A stretch of 62,961 nucleotides of DNA, counting the filler, from Octopus bimaculoides (lineage: Eukaryota): assembly GCF_001194135.2 (NCBI RefSeq). It is 7 parts of 7 records of this genome, joined end to end, with 100 filler letters (N's around TTAATTAATTAA, not from the genome) between each part and the next. Parts side by side here need not be neighbours in the genome. Positions count along the whole stretch, not along the records: positions 60,955 to 62,961 come from NW_026418679.1; 6 more parts are not named here. One strand, given 5' to 3'. A model generated the notes under the pieces. The model did not search any database. It was not told the DNA's origin and worked only from the letters and a program-made list of their open reading frames with translations. A program made the position numbers and the translations under genes. This document shows, in pieces, positions 62,043 to 62,961 of this stretch. Positions within the stretch are counted from its first letter, which is position 1, and each line of letters begins with the position of its first letter.

Positions 62043-62778
62043 GTAATCTAAACGATAAAGGGTTAAAACTAACGGGAGAGGGATGAAAGATTCCTGATGC
62101 AGTGGAGGGAGACACGCCTTGGTCGTGGCCATTTGCAGAAGACGATGACATTAGGCTCACCCGTCTACAGAGAAAGAACTCTGGCAGAGATTACAGCCAC
62201 TGTTACTCCACCCGACATTAAACGTATAAAAAGAAATTTTCTGAATTAGGTAGAGGGTTGGGTAGAAAATGATTTGTACATATTAAGGGTGTGAACGCAC
62301 GGTTCAAGATAAGAAGAAATATGGTAGGAAGTAAAGTTACTTTGATCATTCCTGTCGGAGACCCACTTAACTTTTTTTTTTATGTTTGTTATTCTAAGGG
62401 TCCCTCACTTGCCTTCTCTTTATATTTTTATATATACTTTTTTATATGTTTAATTACTTATTTAATTAATTTTTCTTGTAGTAGCTTGCTAGATTTTATT
62501 TTTATTATTTCAACTGTGTAATAATTTATTATCTCCATAAAACACAGGACTTAGTCAAAACACACTGCCGAGATTTCCTTCCTGTAAATGTTAACTCTGC
62601 ATTAGTTGAGTTTAGTAATTTTGTAGGGGTCTGTTTGTTTTGTTTATTGTTGGGTTTTTTTTTGTTTTGTTTTTCATCTCTTAAGTCAGCAGTTTTAGGT
62701 CTGTAGAGGTAGAATGAGTGAAGGGTGGATGGATGGGATGAAGAACGAAAGGGTAGATGGATGCAATGAAGAATGAGG

Positions 62779-62961
62779 GCCTCAGACCGATCAAAGCCTT
62801 GGGAGTGGATTTGGTTGGCAGAGACTGAGAAAAGCTCATCGTGTGTGTGTTATCTGTGTCTGTGTGTCTGCATGTGTCACACACACACCCACTGCTTGAC
62901 AACCAGTGTTAGTGTGTTTACATCCCCATAACTTAACGGTTCGGCAAAAGAGACCGATAGA
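62779..62961 (+). mobile_element. SINE family D, cut by the window end
   Basis: gaccgatcaaagccttgggagtggatttgg...cttgacaacc...gtttacatccccataacttaacggttcggcaaaagagaccgatag. Confidence 0.85.

Overview
This is animal (eukaryotic) genomic DNA from a gapped draft assembly. It is AT-rich, saturated with di-, tri- and tetranucleotide microsatellites, and broken by many N-gaps plus six artificial 100-bp N44-TTAATTAATTAA-N44 linkers. The SINE families and microsatellite load are typical of Octopus (inference from recognised repeat families). I cannot identify any host protein-coding gene; only a few unverified splice-site-bounded exon candidates exist, and almost all ORF-track entries are microsatellite or gap artefacts. 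The window is a transposon graveyard containing: R4/Dong-like RLE retrotransposons associated with (TAA)n; RTE, L1/Tx1 and CR1-like LINE fragments; Penelope-like GIY-YIG remnants; nested Tc1/mariner elements (a DD41D-type inside a DD37D/maT-type); a foldback MITE; a possible Helitron N-terminus; and about 20 tRNA-derived SINE copies from several families. The most interesting signal, not explained by the ORF track, is a set of type I hammerhead-ribozyme (HHR) motifs in several unrelated scaffolds. These include a retrozyme-like 346-nt unit bounded by two HHRs (47550-47990), a tRNA-headed SINE carrying an HHR in its tail (39762-40030), and Penelope-like direct and inverted terminal repeats with HHRs. 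All family assignments come from motif recognition by eye, not database searches.
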